In this document: piece after piece, positions 37,001 to 46,400 of the stretch | How positions within the stretch are numbered: position 1 is the stretch's first letter | Layout: each line of letters starts with the position of its first letter | Made by a program: the position numbers and the translations under genes | Notes under the pieces: model-generated | The model's database searches: none | What the model was told of the DNA's origin: nothing | The model's input: the letters and a program-made list of their open reading frames with translations, nothing else | NCBI GenBank assembly: GCA_965202585.1 | Contig: OZ241828.1 | Span: 34,224,001-34,288,000 of the forward strand | Length of the DNA: 64,000 nucleotides | Reading direction: 5' to 3' | Source: Thalia democratica | Taxonomy: Eukaryota

Positions 37001-37418
37001 ACTTAAATAGTTAAAATCTTACATAATATTTAATCATTAAATAATATTCTAAATAATTTTTCCCTACAACATTAAAACAAAACCAAAAATTCAGATACAA
37101 ATACATAAAAGTAATAATAACTACACTAATTTTTTTTTAAATAAAGAAACTTATACGAACCTTAATTTGAAATTCGTAGTAAAAAAAATATTTATTTTCA
37201 GTTAAACAAACAAATTTATTAAACATATTAAATTAAATAAAATTTTTCAAACAGATAAGAACCAACATGGTAACTACCACACCACGGCGCAAAAGAGTCA
37301 GTTGGGTTACTTAGCATCAGGATCAGCCCCTGTAAGACTTCCTTCACGTCATGTCCATTATTTAACTTCTCCCGTCGAAGTTTCTACCTCAGATTTCTAC
37401 AGCGATCAAAGTCAATGA
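12989..37418 (+). CDS. robo: Roundabout (Robo)-like axon-guidance receptor, 26 coding exons, ~1420 aa: SP-5xIg-3xFN3-stalk-TM-cytoplasmic tail
   Basis: Manual exon chaining: the phases match throughout and the exons total 4269 nt = 1423 codons including TGA. 5 Ig + 3 FN3 + TM is the Robo/CDON layout. Ig2 'CKKPDGQPEPEITW' and 'GLYTCVASNSAGTRKSIAAQLTV' resemble Robo Ig2 (CQPPRGHPEPTISW ... ERESEVAELTV). 'RPVPPIV' resembles Robo 'RPPPVI' at the start of Ig5. Family assignment is from recalled motifs, not a database search. Confidence 0.8.
17120..17293 (+). CDS. robo: Exon 2: Ig1 N-half (N)CEECKKTTDNRKIAPAFLEEPQGVYYKSSAAVKLTCQARGVPLPELSWLKNGRKPDN
   Basis: TTTAAAG acceptor, GTTAGT donor; Ig 'LTC.A.G.P.P.L.W.KNG' motif; matches ORF 17107..17298. 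Confidence 0.9.
17483..17523 (+). CDS. robo: Exon 3: Ig1 middle (F)RSITPSFKCEDGV
   Basis: TTTTTTCAAACAG acceptor, GTAAGT donor; phases 1->0 bridge exons 2 and 4. Confidence 0.8.
17584..17710 (+). CDS. robo: Exon 4: Ig1 C-half AKSTLDFSNLWNEGISNVGEWTCVANNKYGYIKSKPANVYIS
   Basis: 60-nt intron with TACTAAC branch site (17563-17569); 'G.WTCVA.N..G' Ig motif; GTTAGT donor. Confidence 0.9.
24021..24187 (+). CDS. robo: Exon 5: Ig2 N-half (Y)IENFVVMPFDVAALKGNSATIRCKKPDGQPEPEITWFYQKSEGSRQEQVRNTRKK
   Basis: CACAG acceptor, AAG|GTATAA donor; Robo-type Ig2 motif. Confidence 0.9.
24304..24433 (+). CDS. robo: Exon 6: Ig2 C-half LLQRDKSSLIISDVKPEDKGLYTCVASNSAGTRKSIAAQLTVQ
   Basis: TTTTACAG acceptor, G|GTATAA donor; 'D.G.YTC.A.N..G' motif. 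Confidence 0.92.
25444..25585 (+). CDS. robo: Exon 7: Ig3 N-half (E)IPHFMETPDDVAVYEGEKIVVKCEASGNPKPWISWFKGSERLQDNS
   Basis: CACAG acceptor, AG|GTTTGT donor; I-set 'CEASGNPKP.I.W.K' motif; ORF 25458..25655. Confidence 0.92.
26057..26181 (+). CDS. robo: Exon 8: Ig3 C-half (R)YEVLQNQLVIKSARTTDTGSYSCVAKNNPDTKKIEFNIQVE
   Basis: TTTTACAG acceptor, G|GTAATT donor; 'DTGSYSCVAKN' motif. Confidence 0.92.
26730..26837 (+). CDS. robo: Exon 9: Ig4 N-half (D)QPGVIFSELTVNEGSNIKIDCRISESGNLKWKLPR
   Basis: TTTTCAG acceptor, A|GTAAAC donor; 'V.EG....I.C...W' motif; ORF 26720..26971. Confidence 0.85.
26905..27057 (+). CDS. robo: Exon 10: Ig4 C-half (R)ITDLQDPYNSRLLLSEEGDKLEIRDVNLIDAGEYRCFFGEKQHGINLHVT
   Basis: 67-nt intron, TTTTTCTACAG acceptor; 'L.I..V...DAGEYRC' motif; ORF 26916..27104. 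Confidence 0.9.
27616..27848 (+). CDS. robo: Exon 11: Ig5 N-part (A)ASRPVPPIVTSASGDTFKFLGEMVTFKCSY...EWLRDDN...KIWLKIFQTK
   Basis: CCACAG acceptor, AAG|GTACGA donor; ORF 27534..27863. Confidence 0.9.
28296..28377 (+). CDS. robo: Exon 12: Ig5 C-part QSDSGMYSCLVSDENGKTSFSMKLTIA
   Basis: TTTTTTAATAG acceptor, T|GTTAGT donor; 'DSG.YSC' motif. Confidence 0.9.
28659..28827 (+). CDS. robo: Exon 13: linker + FN3-1 N-half (S)IGDQFQDTSDAEEKIPKILGYPELVSSTSDSLKLKWSPSILSVDDQPVHYELAYF
   Basis: TTATTTAG acceptor, CA|GTGAGT donor; FN3 'SL.L.W.P ... Y.L.Y' pattern. Confidence 0.88.
29642..29808 (+). CDS. robo: Exon 14: FN3-1 C-half (Q)IGQKLKEWNVMPRTLSTEVEINRLQPSKPCYIKLQAFNDYGASQTSIVPIAYYTQ
   Basis: ACTTCAG acceptor, G|GTTTAT donor; FN3 'L.P...Y...L.A.N..G.S' pattern. 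Confidence 0.9.
30575..30809 (+). CDS. robo: Exon 15: FN3-2 N-part (E)LGYDNKSENEIFF...LQIKWNIKDEENVCSKIDGFQIRSY...DAVSCNQ
   Basis: TTTTACAG acceptor, AG|GTAAAC donor; open for 77 codons; 'W...IDGF.I.Y' FN3 pattern. Confidence 0.85.
30983..31098 (+). CDS. robo: Exon 16: FN3-2 C-part (R)FYNLPTEQGYNYAVEILAYAGKSVEKYWISATVTSELQ
   Basis: TTTTACAACAG acceptor, G|GTGAAT donor; phases 2->1 fit. Confidence 0.85.
31267..31569 (+). CDS. robo: Exon 17: FN3-3 (V)IILQPIKIRDHQKTDDGLEVVWGLP...IDYYVITC...LGGGPSSKVSFV
   Basis: ORF 31224..31574; 'L.V.W..P ... I..Y.I ... G.GP.S' FN3 pattern; G|GTTAGT donor. Confidence 0.9.
31706..31921 (+). CDS. robo: Exon 18: Thr-rich stalk + transmembrane helix (YIVMACGGFVLILAVVVFFYV) + RRRK stop-transfer
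   Basis: CTCACAG acceptor, A|GTAAGT donor; 21-residue hydrophobic run followed by a basic cluster. Confidence 0.92.
31987..32055 (+). CDS. robo: Exon 19 (possible cassette): (I)NHLTRFTSISHVGSCASTLQVA
   Basis: 65-nt intron, TTTTTAG acceptor, GCAG|GTTTTT donor; 69 nt, symmetric phase 1-1, open. The frame is kept whether or not it is included. Confidence 0.6.
32840..33053 (+). CDS. robo: Exon 20: cytoplasmic SHRYNPPLHQFDMGILDKP...GGESVYISPSG...CHQSSS
   Basis: TTTTTACAACAG acceptor, AG|GTTCGT donor; ORF 32878..33069. Confidence 0.85.
33350..33593. mobile_element. Degenerate MITE/relic related to the end of the Buster element, in robo intron 20
   Basis: AGGGTTTCCCAAAGCGGGCTATATC...GGAGCGATTTTGGTTTTTGGGGG...GGCGAAA aligns with the reverse complement of 59415-59496. 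The far end (GAACCCTA, ~33586-33593) is weak and no TSD is seen. Confidence 0.6.
33670..33774 (+). CDS. robo: Exon 21: cytoplasmic (R)GGSVSDTLQQSPVYSYMNGNNKTFNQQNYSIQPR; ends at an inferred GC donor
   Basis: TTTTACAG acceptor in phase 2; 3' end inferred at AT|GCAAGT because no phase-2 GT donor exists. Confidence 0.7.
34414..34491 (+). CDS. robo: Exon 22: cytoplasmic (I)LQEKHHEHNKSAPSPQLSQKIKASQ
   Basis: TTTATTTTAG acceptor, CT|GTAAGT donor; phase 2 end matches exon 23. Confidence 0.75.
34890..35090 (+). CDS. robo: Exon 23: cytoplasmic (L)SLSSGSMLHSADGRS...QNQEQNQSYTNQ
   Basis: TCTTTTAG acceptor, AG|GTACAT donor; ORF 34909..35208. Confidence 0.85.
35223..35314 (+). CDS. robo: Exon 24: cytoplasmic (R)LQGNYQNNQPILVASASAINTKMNVTKRIP
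   Basis: TTGTTTTTAG acceptor, C|GTAAGT donor; phases 2->1 fit. Confidence 0.85.
35384..35968 (+). CDS. robo: Exon 25: large cytoplasmic exon (P)KSSYMMNSLGGQ...VIPEELDCEQQIH
   Basis: TTTTTCAG acceptor, A|GTAAGT donor; ORF 35398..35985; most GC-rich stretch of the gene. Confidence 0.92.
37255..37418 (+). CDS. robo: Exon 26 (terminal): (N)KNQHGNYHTTAQKSQLGYLASGSAPVRLPSRHVHYLTSPVEVSTSDFYSDQSQ*
   Basis: TTTTTCAAACAG acceptor in phase 1, open to TGA at 37416-37418, GC-rich island relative to flanks. Confidence 0.8.
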
Positions 37419-40400
37419 AAATGCTTATACGCATACATTTATCTTTGCTAGGTTGTTAGGTAATTTTTTCTATTCAGTGCTGGTTCTTATTTAGAGTTAT
37501 CGATATTTTATATATATTTCTTTGTGGTGAATTTTGTTTTAAATTTTATGACAAATTTCTTAATTTTTCCACTTTTCTAGCAGCAAAATAGATTAAATAA
37601 GTAAATTAAAAAATGTCTAGATAGTACTTTGCTTTAAATCTTACTAATTTTTTAGCTTCTTATTTCTAAAAGCTTTTTATTTTGTCGAAAATGTTCAAAG
37701 CTGCTGTTATTTTGTAATTAAGACTATTTATTGTTAAACTCAATCATATATATTGCTAAGTTTTTTATATTTGTTTTTAAACATGAGAAAATTAAAACTT
37801 CGTTTTAAAATTGATTTTCGACTTTTCAAATTTATTTTTCTTTAAAAAATAAACTCTTAAAAAAGCAAATGCTCATTTAAAAAAAAATTATCTAATAAAT
37901 AATACAAAAAGTTAAATGTAAAGATGCTTGAAACTGATTTAAACATTTTGTTTTTATTTGCTTATTTAGGTCTTACTTATAAACTTTTATAAATATTAAC
38001 GAAGTTCAGTTAAATGAATATGTTATGACGAAGTTGCAGATATAAATTTTACGAACGTCAAAAGAAAAAAGTAAAATTTTTTCACAAAAACCCGATTGAT
38101 TTAAACCGGCAATTGTTTCTTCTGACTTTGCAATACTAATACAATTAATTCTGAAGTGCAGTTTTACTGTTAGACAAATAAGTCATTTGTTTTGAGTTTA
38201 ATACGACCTTTGACACGAGACAATTGTATTTTGTTTAAGAATAGTTTATGAAAGTGTAACAAATAAGCTTTGTTTGTAAATGTTAAATTTTCAGACTCAA
38301 TTTTGAGGTAAAAATACTTTAAACGTAATGAATAATCACTGAAGTACGAGTATTTTATATTTATGTAAAGAGTATAAAAAGAAACGCTTTTATACATCAT
38401 CATTAAACCGTGTATTTCATTTTATTAGAAGTTAAAATCAGTGTACTCAACTATATTACAGATTAATATGCCAATAGGCGCTTGTTTTTTTATCAGTCCT
38501 TTTTAAAAGTTTAATTAGTAAAACTTATATTATTTTAACGAAAAATACTAATAGGAAGTACGAAATCCTAAACATCATAGTTTCAAGTATTTTATTGTTT
38601 GTATAGCAATATATTAATTCTTTAAACAACTTATTAGATTTGTTTTTAACTGCTGATGCCGAGAAAAGAATAAATACTTAAAACTAAGCAAACATGTTTA
38701 TAATTACTACTTTTTTAGTGTTGCTTTACTTAAAATAAATAGCACTTGAAAGATAAGACAATAAAAAATTATTAGCTCATACTGGCTTATCAGTCAGTGT
38801 TCTAGTAACTAGGACTTATTAGCGTTGAAATCATCGTCATTTGTAAACTTGGGTTCATTTATAATTTGGCTGGTATAAAATAACTAGCTTTTAAATTTAA
38901 TAATATTTTTTGTTCGTTTTTATTAAAATTAAAAAATAACTAAAACCAAATAAACTTCATTATTTTTACATTAATAAACTTGAATGTGTGAATTATTTTG
39001 AATACTTAGAAAACAAACAAAAATATGTTGCTTTTAATATAAGTTTAATGACATAAACATTTAAAATTATCTTTTAAATCTTTTGTTTTATTTTACGTTA
39101 TTGGTTAAAGCTTAAGAAGTTGCGATTAATTATTTTTTTATATTTTGTAGTAATAAATTTTAAGTTTTAGAAACTTAAATAAAAAAACATAGAATCTATA
39201 ACCAACTATAAAAAACGGCTTTTAGTTTTGTCTTTTACATATCTTGTAAGAAAACAATGTATTTCATCAGTAGTATTGCTTCAGATAATTTTTTTTAATA
39301 TAATCTAAGTATAAAATAGTTGAAAAATGCTTATTTTAAATTTTTTTTATGTTTTTTAGAACTAAATAAAAATTTCTAACTAAATAACTTTTTGTTTATT
39401 GTTTACTATCCGTGATTTTGTTTTTGTTCTTAAAAACAAAAATTCTTACATTTTCAACAACTCGAATACTAGTAGTTACAAAAATTTCCAAAAAGTCTTT
39501 TGTATTCGATTTGAAAAACATTATTTTTTTCTATGAAGGTTTCAAATTTTATCAACAAACACCATTACTAAAACAAGCTTTTTAGTCGAGTTAGTTTTGT
39601 TTTAATTTTGTTTATAAAATAGTAAATAGTTATTACAACTAGAATTTCAAATGGAATTTTATATATTATGGAATAATTATGTAAAAAATTCAAATAAACT
39701 TTGAATAAAAATTCATTATACTGTAAAATATTAGTTTCTTCTAAAAAATTAAAGCCTACCTTTAAACTAGTATTGAAACACAACATAAACTTTAAAGAAG
39801 AGATAGTAGAAATCCTCTGTGGTGGTAAAGTTTTGTTTTTAAGTGTTTTAATTGACATATCGTTGCTTTATCTTTGTCATCGCTAAAAAAGTGTAGTAAA
39901 TAAACAAAAGTAAATTAAAAACAAACAGACCGTATATTTTGCAACAATCCCAAAACACGATTTGTAGGCTTGTAGTTGGTAACAATAGAAAAGAGAGTCT
40001 AGTTAGTACGATTTTTTTTGTGTTTTCAGGAAAAATGAAAAACGAAGCTTAAGACCATCTTTAAACGTCATAAAAAAATCATAGTTTTTCATCTTTTCAA
40101 ATGCCTTTTTAATTTAAAAAACAATTTTATATTGCATTTATCCATTCTAACTATAAACATTAAAAAATAATTTATTTGATAAATTATTTCTACTTATTTT
40201 TTTTCCTTGTAGTGAAGTAATAAACTTTGAATTAAATAGACTGCTTAAATAATAATAAAAAATACTGATTTAATTTGTTAAATCAACAGCTGCGCGACAT
40301 GAAAAATACATTTAATTAAACTTTTACTGAACGATGTTCAAATTTTAAACATATGTTAACAAGTAAAAATGTCTTGCTGTTTTAATGAATACTAAAGTGA

Positions 40401-43400
40401 AGAATTAGGTTTTAAAGCACAGCCAACACAATCATTAAAAAAACTGTGCTTATTTATAACTAAAAACCTAACTTTAAAATGTAAGAGTTTTTTCGCTAAA
40501 GTTCTTAAAAAGCTCAGTATTGTCTTATAAGCTGTAAATATAAGGAGTCAATTAATTTATGCTAGGTCGTACTTAATAAGTTTACAATCAGTTAATTGTC
40601 TAAAACAAATTTAAACTAACTAAAGTTTAGGCCTATGTAGAAAACTTAAATAACCATTTGCAAATTGGTTCCATCTTGACTTTTGAATTTAACCAATTTA
40701 GTACAAGCATAATTAAAACATAGTTACTTTGTATATTTTTTCATGTTTTTTCATACAGTTTTTGCATTAAGTAACTTTTATGAACAATATGTTTAAAAAA
40801 TGATGCAGTCTTGTACGCAACTATTTACGCAACACATGTTTACTAATAACTACGAAACAGTATACAACAAAAAAAATAGTAAAATTCACCACATTAATTG
40901 AGTAGCTTTTATGCGAATATATCAACAAGTTTAATTACTTATATTAAAATCAAACTACTTAGTTCTTAAAAAAAACAACATTTATATATATATTTTGATT
41001 ACCTTCACACTTTTAATATGGTGATGCACTTAGTAAAAAAGAACTTAAATAGTAAATTTTTTGAGGATTAATAAAATCATATAACAAAATTTATCATCTC
41101 CGTTATATTCTAAAAATATATTTTAGGCTCCTAAACACTACCCGGAACTACATAATTTGTATATAACAAGCTAAAAACACATTGAATTAATCGTAATTTG
41201 CAATGAGATAAATTTATAATGTTTTTCATGATTATGTTTCTAATATATTTATCAACAATATTGAAAACATCTGAAAGTTAACGTAATTATTTTTTCTACA
41301 AAAAAAAAAAACAGTGTGTTTAAAAGTTTAAAATTTGAAAAGCGTTTTTTTTATTTGAAGGCTCATTAGCAAAATGGATTTTGAAAAGCTAATTGTTTTT
41401 ACCATATGGGGAAAAAAATTCTATCAGTTTCAGCATTAAAATATAACTTTTAATTTATAATCTTTTTTCAAAAAGTTAGATACATAAACACACTATAATA
41501 AATTTACTACGAGTTTTTGACTTATGCATAAAACATTTTCTACAGTTATTACAAGTTCTACTTTAACAATTGTCTTCTTTTTCCAACGCTTAACAACGAC
41601 AAAGATTTTAATATTTTCACAAAAAATAAAATAAGTTTGATTTTTTAATTGTTTTGTTCAAAACGATTATTAAATTTAAATTGTCAAAACAACTAAACTT
41701 TCCAAATATCTGATAATTGCTATTCTATAACTAATTTTAAAACAAAAGTCATTCCACCAAAAAACAGAAAAAAAAAACACAGTAATGTAAAACGTTGTTT
41801 AAGTAAAGTAGCTAAAATTTTTGAACAATAATAAGGTTAATATTATAAAAATTAGACTTAAATTTAGATTTATTGTATTAAAAATCAAAAAATATAACTT
41901 TTTAAATGATAAGATAAATAAATGAAATTATGTTCACATCTAAAAGAAATAATTGTTTCATAAAAAATTGCTTCAATTTTGTTTAACATCAAAATAAAAA
42001 AAACATTAGTCTTTACTTTATATAAGCAGCTAGTAAGATAATATATAGTTTTTGTTTATTTGCGTTCGACTTACATTATTAAATAACTCTAATTGTGCTT
42101 TTTAAGTTGATCTGTGTATTATTTGTTATTTCACATTAAATATTATTAAAATTTTATGTAACTGAAATTTTGTTCCTTAGAAAACTAAAAATTAATCATT
42201 TTATTAAACAGTTTTAATACTTTTAATACAATTTTTTTCAACGGTTAATAATTTATTAAAGTGAAATTTTGTAAACCAAGTTATTTTGTTGTTCTTTATA
42301 TGTAGTAAAACTTTTAATACTATATAAAAACTTTAACAACTAAACTTTAAACAACAGTGAGTGGTTTTTTGAAAATGTTTTAGTTTAATGAAATATTTTA
42401 CTTAAATATTGTTTTTGGATTGCTTTATAAAAAAGTGTTTTAGGCTTTTCACTTTAAACGAAATTTAGATTTCTAAATAGACTGTCTTTTGAATAATTCT
42501 TAATGTTTTGAAAATATACATTTTATGACAATGGTGTAATAACTTATTATCGAAAAACTACTTTAAAATTTTTAAACTTGTTACAAAACTTTAGTACAAA
42601 AAACTTTGTTATTACTAATCGTAAATTGAAATTGTAGAATTAAAAAACGAAATTTTCACTCCATTAGTCATTGATATTAACAATAGTTGGCTATGAATCA
42701 ACACGTACGATCACCCTTATATTATTAGCAGGTTTTTCTTTACTAATCTTAGTTAAGAAGAATTTACATTGAGCAAACAAAAAATGAAAAGTTAAGTAAC
42801 AGAAAAGTTTTCAAATACTAGTTTATTAAAAAACAACATTTTAAAACAGAATGACGTGTTTTATATACTATCACTTATCAAATTTTATATTATACAAAAT
42901 GTAATGCTTTATAAAAAGTTTATAGAATTATATTTAATAAAGATTTAAAAAGTAAAGTTTTTACCTTTTAACCTCTTAAAAATTGAAAGCTTTTCATAAT
43001 TTGAATATAAACTTAGTGTTCTTAGAGCTCTTAAGACTTTTAATACAAATACTAGTTATAACAATTAATACAACAACTAAGATAAATTGAAATTCAACTC
43101 CTAAACAAGTAAAGCTTCAAATATACCTGTATTTATAAATAAAACTTTCAAACTTTTGAATCAATAATCTTTTGTGATCGGAAAATTACTAGCAGCTGCA
43201 AAAACAAACTCAAATTAAGCTTTAAATAAACTTCTAATCACCACATTGCTATCTTGCCAAACAAAAAATGTTTTAAGACGTCGACACAAAAAAAAACATG
43301 AAGAGAGTTTACGAGTTTCAACATCACAAAATTTTTATCCAAATATTCCATTTAAGACCTAAAACAAATTAAGAAACTTTAATGTTTTTAAGTTTTAAAG

Positions 43401-46400
43401 AGTTTTATTTTTCACTCTTTAAAAACAAATTACGATAAAACAAACGTTTAATTTTTTTTTCTTATTTAAAACAAAGTTTTTAACCAAAATTATTTTAAAG
43501 TTTTATTATATTGTGCAAAACACCTAATACCTTCATTTTATTTGGTTTCATTAAGTATAATTTCATATAATTAAACTTTTAAAACTTTGCCTATATAAAA
43601 ACGTATGTGCAGTACTCACATTATATATATTTAAAACAAAAAACTGTTAGAATACAAAACATAAAAAAATATATAAAGAGAACTATCTTTTAACAACCAG
43701 ACGTTTGAAATAACTTTAAAGAGTATATAATAATAACTCGTGTTTGATAAAACCTTAGTCCGACTATTGATGTCATGCTTGATTGAAAAAATGACCTATT
43801 TTTTCAACTATAAAGTATAACACAAAATTTCAAAGTTAAAGTTACTTTTATACTGCTAGAATCATAAATATATACCGTTAAAATTCACAAAATAAAAAAT
43901 TTATAAAAAAGGACACTGTATTAGCTAGTACAAGTTGAGTGTTATACTTCAGTATTTACTATTAAACAAACACAAGTATGTAGTGATAAATTGTCGTTCA
44001 AATATACCCGGGTTTCAATCAGTCAACCCCGTAAAAACAAACATTAATTGAAAACTGTCAATCATAAGCATGAACCTAACAGGCAAATGTGAGAGTGCTT
44101 TTTTTAGTTTGACAAGTTTTACTCAAATATAAATGATTTTAACATAATAAGCAACTTAATAAATATACTCCGTTTAATATCACTTTTACAATGAAAAATA
44201 CAACTTACGTAAAATTAATTTCACTTTAACTAAGCTTTATTGTTCTTAGAAATTTTTGGAATTTTGTCAAAATAACTTATGTGGTAAAACATCTAAACCG
44301 TGTAGATTACTTAAAACAAGACTTATTAATTTTTATAATTTGCAATATATTTTGAGGTGCAAAAAATCAGCATTGACTTACTGAGTTTTAAATAGTTTTA
44401 ACAATATATACATATCTTTATATTTCATTATTCAATTTTATTTGAAACGTCATAATTTTGTGATTTTTTTTTTGTGTGATTATTTAAAAATTCTGCTATG
44501 TACTTTATTTCAATCTGAAGATACGTGTTAAACGTTGAAATTTAGTAAACGATGCGAAAATTAGTTATTTTTTGTATTATGAATATACTTATGTTTAAAT
44601 TATTTCTTCAAATAGAATGTAACTATATAACTACTCAGTACTTAATAGTACGAGAATGCTTTCGGTGTAGCTTTAAAACTTTATTTTGAATTTTTTTAGA
44701 AAGTTTTTATACTTTTTAGTTAAATTTTCCAGAAAAAAAGAGTTACTAATCTTTTACATATATCAATATATTTAAAAAAATTTAAAGATCTAAATTAATA
44801 AGAGCAGATTTATACAAAGAAAAAAAAAGATAAAAAGCGTATTTTTAAATTGTTTTGTTTAAAATTTTTCTTTTCTATTACTACTTATTCAAAACGAAAT
44901 GTGTTTAGACTTTGTTGTCAAGCATTAAATTAAAAGCGATACAGCAGTTATAACTTTTAAATCATTGCAGTAGGTTTAGTTTTCTTATATAGCTAATTAT
45001 TCTCTATTAAAAAACTCAGAAAATTTAACAATAAAAATATTTTGAAAATAATGTTATGTTTGTAATTTTGTTCATCATATATTGTAATGTCATAGATTAT
45101 TTTTGCTGTTATGCCAAGTTTGGCAAATTTACCTTATAAATAAAAGTATATGTAAAAGTTAACGTTATTTAAGATTATGATATTACAATACATATTTTCA
45201 AGAACTATTTTAAATTTTTATCAAAATAAGTTGTTTGTTTCTACTAAATTAGACTTAGTGCAAAGTTTACGCAGATTGTTTTTTAGTTTTGTAGTAAACA
45301 TTATAACGAAACCCATTAAATTTTCTTATAGCTCGTGCTCATAACAAAAGCTTAAAACTATTTGAGATATTTGTCAATAGCTAAATTTTCTTAAATATAA
45401 TTTTAATGCAATTGTTCAATATTTTAATATTCTTTTATGGTTTGTAAAGCATTATTTTATCAGTTGTTTTCTTTGAAAATTCAAAAAATTATGTTTTTAG
45501 TATTAATAATACAAGAAAAAACATAACATTTTTTCTTGTATAAAAAGCAAAATCTTAAAACAACACTCTACGGTTTTCCAAAAAAACAAAACATAACTTA
45601 AATACTACAACCAAAAACAATGTACAACAGCAAACAACTTGTTCAGAACAAAAAATATTCTTGTTTTCAAATTTACAAACATCTGTGTTGGCAACTTTCT
45701 AAAAAAAAGTTATTTACCATCCAATTTACATACTTACTTAAGGTAAGTAAACGTTATTAATTATTTTAAAGAATATAAGTTAAATATACACTAGCTAAGA
45801 ATTTCAAAACTTTGTTAAACTTTTTAACAGTTCTTAGTATAAAATACATATTTCCTTTTTAGTCTACTGTTTCTAATTATGTTGTTCCACTTAGCATAAC
45901 TTTAGAATTGTTTTCAAAATTAATTACAATATGATTGTTTATCTTTACTTAAATTTGTTTCTCAATTTACTTTAAAGTAAACCTCTTGTTTGAATAAACG
46001 TTTATCTATCACAATTGTTTATAAAATTCAATAGCTTGCTAAATCGAAATGTTGTTTTGCACAAATTTAAAAAAGAGAACTCAGCAAACTGCGGCTTGTG
46101 AAGTTAAATTTTATATAATACTTTAAAACTTGTTTTATACTTTGAAGTGAAAAAGCTGGTAAAACTTAAAAAACTTTAATTTTGAAGAAAATATATCTTT
46201 TTATATATACAAAAAGTTTTGTACACTGACAAAGTAGTTTCTGCCTTTTGTGACAACTTGTATACTGAGTATTAAAATAAAATATAAAACGTACAAAAAC
46301 AGAAAGTTAAACGTTTTACCTCTGTATCAAACCAATATCCCAGCGCTTATTTCGTATCTAATACTGAGTTTATACAGTTATAATTCAAAATATTACAAAA

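Noticed and set aside
12989-37418. Alternative identity as CDON/Boc, DCC/neogenin or Dscam
   Set aside because: CDON shares 5 Ig + 3 FN3, but the Ig2 and Ig5-start motifs look Robo-like; the domain counts do not fit DCC or Dscam. Not formally excluded without a phylogeny.
37419-46158. Second gene or polyA site downstream of robo (ORFs 38170, 39568, 39701; AATAAA hexamers)
   Set aside because: ORFs are low-complexity with no splice-consistent chain; AATAAA is too frequent in this composition to assign a 3' end
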